IMG/VR virus record: IMGVR_UViG_2645727905_000013
Span: 1 to 19,014 of that record
Direction: 5' to 3' (one strand)
Source of the DNA: a virus
Taxonomy: Duplodnaviria; Heunggongvirae; Uroviricota; Caudoviricetes
DNA: 19,014 nucleotides
Shown here: piece after piece, positions 14,783 to 19,014 of the stretch
Position numbering within the stretch: position 1 is the stretch's first letter
How the letters are laid out: the number at the start of each line of letters is the position of its first letter
Program-made: the position numbers and the translations under genes
Notes under the pieces: generated by a model
The model's input: only the letters and a program-made list of their open reading frames with translations
Database searches by the model: none
What the model was told of the DNA's origin: nothing

Positions 14783-15331
14783 ATGTCATTTATTAAAACT
14801 TTTTCCGGGAAGCATTTTTATTATGACAAGATAAATAAAGACGACATCGTGATTAACGATATCGCGGTTTCCCTTTCAAATATCTGTCGCTTTGCAGGAC
14901 ATCTTTCACACTTCTACAGTGTCGCCCAGCATGCGGTGCTTTGCAGCCAGCTGGTGCCACAGGAATTTGCTTTTGAAGCATTAATGCATGATGCAACAGA
15001 AGCTTATTGCCAGGACATCCCCGCTCCACTGAAACACCTTCTTCCTGACTATAAACGGATGGAAGAAAAAATAGATGCCGTAATCCGTGAGAAATACGGG
15101 TTACCCCCGGTTATGAGCACGCCCGTGAAATATGCCGATCTCATCATGCTGGCAACCGAACGCCGCGATCTCGGGCTTGATGATGGCTCTTTCTGGCCTG
15201 TACTGGAAGGCATCCCGGCAACAGAGATGTTCAACGTGATTCCACTGGCACCGGGCCATGCCTACGGGATGTTTATGGAACGCTTTAAAGAGCTACATAA
15301 GATACATAAACAATCCAGACAGCGAAATTAA
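14783..15331 (+). CDS. HD-domain phosphohydrolase (YfdR-like 5'-deoxynucleotidase family)
   Basis: His...HD pattern (RFAGH, AQHAV, LMHDATEAY). Start placed at the ATG at 14783 with a GGAGAA SD; about 182 aa. Confidence 0.65.
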   Translation: MSFIKTFSGKHFYYDKINKDDIVINDIAVSLSNICRFAGHLSHFYSVAQHAVLCSQLVPQEFAFEALMHDATEAYCQDIPAPLKHLLPDYKRMEEKIDAVIREKYGLPPVMSTPVKYADLIMLATERRDLGLDDGSFWPVLEGIPATEMFNVIPLAPGHAYGMFMERFKELHKIHKQSRQRN

Positions 15332-15359
15332 CTAGTGAAATAGTTTTGTAGCAAAAGAA

Positions 15360-15620
15360 ATGAGGTTATCAAAAATGCTTCAAATGCTGACACTTGAGGA
15401 ATGGGCTACGGAAAAATACAGAAGTAATCCTCCAAGTGTGTCCACATTGCGTCGTTATGCTAAGCAGAATTTATTTTGTCCACCGGCAATGAAACAAGGT
15501 CGACTATGGCGAGTGCGTGAGGACGCAGAGTTAGTTGGGGAATTAGTTACTCCTGTCATCAAGAAAAGTGATTCTATTATTCTACAAAGGATTTTAAGTA
15601 ATGGCAGCCAGACCACGTAA
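15360..15620 (+). CDS. xis: Excisionase (lambda Xis-like)
   Basis: LTLEEWATEKYRSNPPSVSTLRRYAKQNLFCPPAMKQGRLWRV parallels lambda Xis (YLTLQEWNARQRRPRSLETVRRWVRECRIFPPPVKDGREYLF). Overlaps the integrase start by 20 nt. Start may be the internal ATG at 15375 or 15384. Confidence 0.7.
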   Translation: MRLSKMLQMLTLEEWATEKYRSNPPSVSTLRRYAKQNLFCPPAMKQGRLWRVREDAELVGELVTPVIKKSDSIILQRILSNGSQTT

Positions 15621-16728
15621 AAATAATGTTTCAGTCCCGAACTTGTATCCGCTCTATAGCAGAAAAGTAAATAAAGTCTATTGGCGATATAAGCATCCAG
15701 TGACCGGGAAGTTTCATTCTTTGGGCACAAACGAAGCTGAAGCCATTGCTATTGCCACTGAGGCCAATACACGCCTGGCTGAGCAAAGAACCCGGCAGAT
15801 TCTGGCTATCAGTGACAGGATCGCAACCAGCAAAGGAAAAGCGATAACAACATCAACATGGTTAGACCGCTACCAGGCCATCCAGGATGACAGGCTGAAA
15901 AGTGGTGATATAAGACTCAACACCTATAAGCAGAAAGCCAAACCAGTATCCTTGCTCAGGGAACGAGCAGGAATGAAATTGATTTCAGCTGTTGATGTCA
16001 GGGATATAGCACAATTGCTTGACGAGTATATCGCTGCCGGGCAACCGAGAATGGCCCAAGTTGTAAGGTCTGTATTGATTGATGTGTTTAAGGAAGCACA
16101 GCACTATGGCGAAGTTCCGCCAGGGTATAACCCTGCTCTTGCGACGAAGCAACCCAGAAGGAAAATTACCCGTCAACGCCTCAGCCTGGAAGAATGGCAA
16201 AAAATCTTTGATATCGCAGATGCCAGTCATCGTTATATGGGAAATGCCATGCTGTTAGCACTGGTTACTGGCCAGCGGTTAGGTGATATTTCGCGTATGA
16301 AATTTAGCGATATTTGGGATGATCATCTTCACGTCATTCAGGAAAAGACCGGGAGCAAAATCGCCATCCCGCTTTCTCTTCGCCTCAATGCGATTAACTG
16401 GAGTTTACGCGATGTAGTATCCCGCTGCCGTGACTATGCAGTCAGCCCATACCTTGTACATTTTTTCCGTACGACTTCACAGGCTGAACGTGGCGCACAG
16501 GTTAAATCCAATACATTGACGATGAATTTCAGTAAAGCGAGGGATTTTGCAGGAATTGACTGGGGTGATGGCTCACCCGCAACATTCCATGAACAAAGGT
16601 CTTTATCTGAACGTCTGTACAAAGAACAGGGGTTAGACACACAAAAACTACTTGGTCATAAAACGCAACAACAAACCGATCGTTATCATGACGATCGCGG
16701 CAAAGGATGGAGCAAAGTTGCGTTGTGA
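15601..16728 (+). CDS. int: Tyrosine site-specific integrase, lambda Int family
   Basis: 375 aa. N-terminal arm-binding region (VPNLYPLYSRK...HPVTGKFHSLG) and C-terminal catalytic region (TFHEQRSLSERLYKEQ...LLGHKTQQQTDRYHDDRG) parallel lambda Int (PPNLYIRNNG..., TFHELRSLSARLYEKQ...LLGHKSDTMASQYRDDRG). Confidence 0.9.
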   Translation: MAARPRKNNVSVPNLYPLYSRKVNKVYWRYKHPVTGKFHSLGTNEAEAIAIATEANTRLAEQRTRQILAISDRIATSKGKAITTSTWLDRYQAIQDDRLKSGDIRLNTYKQKAKPVSLLRERAGMKLISAVDVRDIAQLLDEYIAAGQPRMAQVVRSVLIDVFKEAQHYGEVPPGYNPALATKQPRRKITRQRLSLEEWQKIFDIADASHRYMGNAMLLALVTGQRLGDISRMKFSDIWDDHLHVIQEKTGSKIAIPLSLRLNAINWSLRDVVSRCRDYAVSPYLVHFFRTTSQAERGAQVKSNTLTMNFSKARDFAGIDWGDGSPATFHEQRSLSERLYKEQGLDTQKLLGHKTQQQTDRYHDDRGKGWSKVAL

Positions 16729-16976
16729 AAATTTAAGCGTCCCAACGCCACCTTGAACTTCTCACCACACATGAAAAAGAACCAAACTGTTCGCTTTGAG
16801 CGAAAGGCGGACGTCATGAGACGCGTATAACATATATTGTAAATATAAGGTTCGATTATTTGCTTTCTTAACGTAAAATAAGTATGGAATGGTCTTGCTT
16901 ACGTAAGGTCTTTTAAGTTATATCTAGTAGTTATGATTTTAAATAGGTCTTTCGTGCTAATAAATAAGGTGGTTGC
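16729..16976. other. Probable attachment-site / prophage boundary region (core not identified)
   Basis: Non-coding AT-rich segment immediately downstream of int with a marked compositional shift. Contains ttacgtaa-type palindromes (16870-16910). Confidence 0.3.
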
Positions 16977-17897
16977 ATGTTACATAAAAAAACAACACAA
17001 GAAAATGTAGCTTTTGGACTTGCTGTACTTAACTACTATCTTCGTTTCAATTCTAAAGCGAATTTACAGGACGCTAATGTAAGTTCAGAGGAGTTGATAA
17101 GTAATTTAGTAAATATTCTGAATGATAGTGATTTTATCTGCACATCGGAAATCTCAGCAAATTATCCAGGAATAGATGCTATCGATAAAGTAAATAGACT
17201 CGGGCTCCAGATAACACATACAAAAACCAATTCAAAAATTAATAAAACAATAGATAGAATTCGCGAAAATAAAGTTAACAATGAAATTGGTGTGCTATAT
17301 TTTTTCATTACATCAAGAAAGCAGAAGAAATACACTATCACAGCACAATGCCCAAATCTAAACGTCACAACAAATAACATATTGGACTTTGATTCCCTAG
17401 CTGAACTGCTTTCGAAAAATCAGAATAAACTGGCTCAAGCAGAAGCAGAACTTATTAAAGCAATGCCTCGTCTCTACCAAGATGGAAAAGCACGACATGA
17501 GGCTATGCTTAATAGTATTCTTGTGGCCAGAAATGAATTAGATAGAAGAGTATTCACTGCTGATAAAATTTTAGAAGAACCAGAGGAAATGCTTTTATCC
17601 CTCAGGGAAATGAGAATAGCCATACAAAAAGCAGGAATAATGAATGAAGCTAATTCTGTTGTATCTACTTCATTTAAAAAAATAATTAAAATTATTAATG
17701 ATGCAGAGGGTCAAATTGCAAAAAAACATACCAGTGGATATAAAAAATATAAGGCCAGAATATTTCCCTCGTGGGATTATACTGATAGAGATGATTGTTT
17801 AAATATTTTAATGGGGATAAGAAAAGATGTTTTAGACCAAATAGATATTATTGACATTGAGATCAATAAACTGAAAGGGTTTCTTGGAATACGGTAA
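16977..17897 (+). CDS. Hypothetical protein with SMEK-like N-terminal domain and helical C-terminal half (candidate defence-associated)
   Basis: 306-aa AT-rich ORF. N-terminal region (...SANYPGIDAIDKVNRLGLQITHTKTNSKINKTIDRI...GVLYFFITS) resembles, from memory, the SMEK-type domain pattern (AIDLGD...IAFQVTS). C-terminal half is predicted helical/coiled-coil. SD AAGGTGG upstream. Confidence 0.45.
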   Translation: MLHKKTTQENVAFGLAVLNYYLRFNSKANLQDANVSSEELISNLVNILNDSDFICTSEISANYPGIDAIDKVNRLGLQITHTKTNSKINKTIDRIRENKVNNEIGVLYFFITSRKQKKYTITAQCPNLNVTTNNILDFDSLAELLSKNQNKLAQAEAELIKAMPRLYQDGKARHEAMLNSILVARNELDRRVFTADKILEEPEEMLLSLREMRIAIQKAGIMNEANSVVSTSFKKIIKIINDAEGQIAKKHTSGYKKYKARIFPSWDYTDRDDCLNILMGIRKDVLDQIDIIDIEINKLKGFLGIR

Positions 17898-18330
17898 CAT
17901 TTAAATTTATCAATACGTTATTCGCAATCTATTAATATGAAATAAGGTACAATTGGCGGGCATGACAAATGTCCGCTTCTGGCACGGAGCAGACCCAAGC
18001 AAGGCCATTAGGTCTGGTGTGAGCGAAGAACAGACGTTACAGTGGAGTTAGAATCTGATTGGTTTTCACAATACATCTAAGTGCATTGAGATAAGAAATG
18101 AATTACATCCGGTCAAACCCCAATCGACGCTTTATGGAAAGTATGGCAAAACGATGAAAACGTTCTGCCTTGTGCTGATTTATTTCATAAAACTGATGAG
18201 AAGCCCCATATATCTATATCTGGTGAAACTGGCTTCTAATTTCCCCCAAAAGCTTAATATTGAATTGAAGCCATTATTGAAATTGTCATATTTAAAGTAT
18301 ATTGAAGTTGATGCGAAAAAACAAACTTTT

Positions 18331-19014
18331 CTAAAAATCATTTGCCGATTGGATAGCGTTATATGGATTGATTGATGGGGTGCTGCCAGTCACTATTCCA
18401 ATTAAACTACCAATTACAAAAGGCTCTTTGTTATCAATTATAATATAGGGCCCGCCAGAGCATCCAGGATAGCTATTATGATTCACCATTAGACGAGATG
18501 TAATACACCCCCCATTTGAATGTTTAGTACAATTCTTATTGAAAGGTTGAGAAACTATACCTTGCATTTGATTAAGTTGAGACTTTCCTAAAGGAAACCC
18601 TAATCCGAAGGCAGCAGTTTTTTGTGTAATTGAGGTTTTTTTAAAGAAATTTGATATAGGATGGATATCATCTCTATTTAATACTAATTCTGCGCTATCT
18701 ACAAAAGGGTCAGGGTTGTTATAGTTATTTACATCATTACAGTCGTTGAGAATAAAATCGACTAAGATAGGCGTTGATTTTACTAGTCCGTGATGGTTTT
18801 CAAATTTGACGAATAATTGGACGGTATTATTAGTTGGATATATCCGGTTAAGAGCGTTAGTAACAACATGAGCTGCGGTAAGCATTTTCTTACACTCACC
18901 ATCGTCAAAACCAAATGCAGTGGCTTCGAATGGGTTTTGAAAATTAGAATGAGCACTTACATAGATTTTGCATACATAGTCATCAAAGTGAAAACTGCTA
19001 AAAAATTTTAGCAC
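18331..19014 (-). CDS. Trypsin-like (S1/chymotrypsin-fold) serine peptidase, N-terminus probably beyond window edge
   Basis: Catalytic triad motifs present: LTAAHVV (His), VDSAELVL (Asp), PGCSGGP (Ser). The ORF runs to the window end at 19014 with no ATG in frame. AT-rich. Confidence 0.6.
   Translation of the reverse strand: MLKFFSSFHFDDYVCKIYVSAHSNFQNPFEATAFGFDDGECKKMLTAAHVVTNALNRIYPTNNTVQLFVKFENHHGLVKSTPILVDFILNDCNDVNNYNNPDPFVDSAELVLNRDDIHPISNFFKKTSITQKTAAFGLGFPLGKSQLNQMQGIVSQPFNKNCTKHSNGGCITSRLMVNHNSYPGCSGGPYIIIDNKEPFVIGSLIGIVTGSTPSINPYNAIQSANDF

Larger units (their letters stand above)
1..16976. mobile_element. Defective mosaic lambdoid prophage (immunity, replication, Q, lysis remnant, partial Mu-type tail, xis-int); right boundary approximate, left boundary outside window
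   Basis: Contiguous phage gene set with lambda-like organisation: divergent cI/cro, Q, S holin, xis-int at one end. Late region lacks terminase, head, sheath and tube genes. GC content drops sharply after about 16800. Confidence 0.8.

Noticed and set aside
16597-16612. CTGT-N7-ACAG near the end of int and other partial SOS-box matches (about 6187-6202 and 10719-10734)
   Set aside because: Wrong spacing or only three of four bases in one arm, and located inside coding sequence.
13299-16640. Minus-strand ORFs 13299..13667, 14297..14542, 15049..15234, 15455..15730, 15985..16230 and 16434..16640
   Set aside because: Antisense to the plus-strand early-left genes, xis and int.
17162-17380. 72-aa minus-strand ORF inside the SMEK-like gene
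   Set aside because: Antisense, hydrophobic low-complexity translation from AT-rich sequence.
18154-18375. 73-aa plus-strand ORF between the SMEK-like gene and the protease
   Set aside because: AT-rich low-complexity translation overlapping the protease 3' end by 45 nt; it could be a small membrane protein but has no supporting signal.
18817-19011. 64-aa plus-strand ORF
   Set aside because: Antisense within the protease gene.
1-19014. CRISPR arrays, rRNA genes and tRNA genes
   Set aside because: No regularly spaced repeat-spacer structure; no sequence resembling tRNA acceptor/T-arm (GTTCGAATC...CCA) was found near int or elsewhere by eye; the only tandem repeats are the in-gene iterons.

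Overview
Working from sequence alone (no searches run; all family names are recalled from memory), this window reads as a defective, mosaic lambdoid prophage lying in mirror orientation, followed by an AT-rich accessory segment. Minus strand, right to left: Cro-like regulator (11423..11623), early-right genes (replication initiator with internal iterons, PerC-like ORF, LexA-DNA-binding-domain-only protein, RusA, KilA-N protein, DUF968-like protein, Q antiterminator), an AT-rich opposite-strand moron encoding a KAP-family P-loop NTPase split by a frameshift at an A7 run, a late promoter/terminator candidate, an S-type holin, an endolysin remnant, then directly Mu-type tail genes (tape measure with an in-frame TAG, DNA circulation protein, gpP-like protein). 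Terminase, head, sheath, tube and spanin genes are absent. Plus strand: CI-like repressor (11721..12347), immunity-region accessory ORFs, a yfdP/Q/R-like block with an HD-domain hydrolase, Xis and a lambda-family integrase (ends 16728). Beyond the integrase the sequence becomes very AT-rich and carries a SMEK-like domain protein and a convergent trypsin-like serine protease. The best candidates for an undescribed defence or regulatory system are the KAP NTPase moron with a LexA-box-like motif at its 5' end, the prophage-encoded LexA-DBD-only protein, and the SMEK-like/protease island next to the attachment region.
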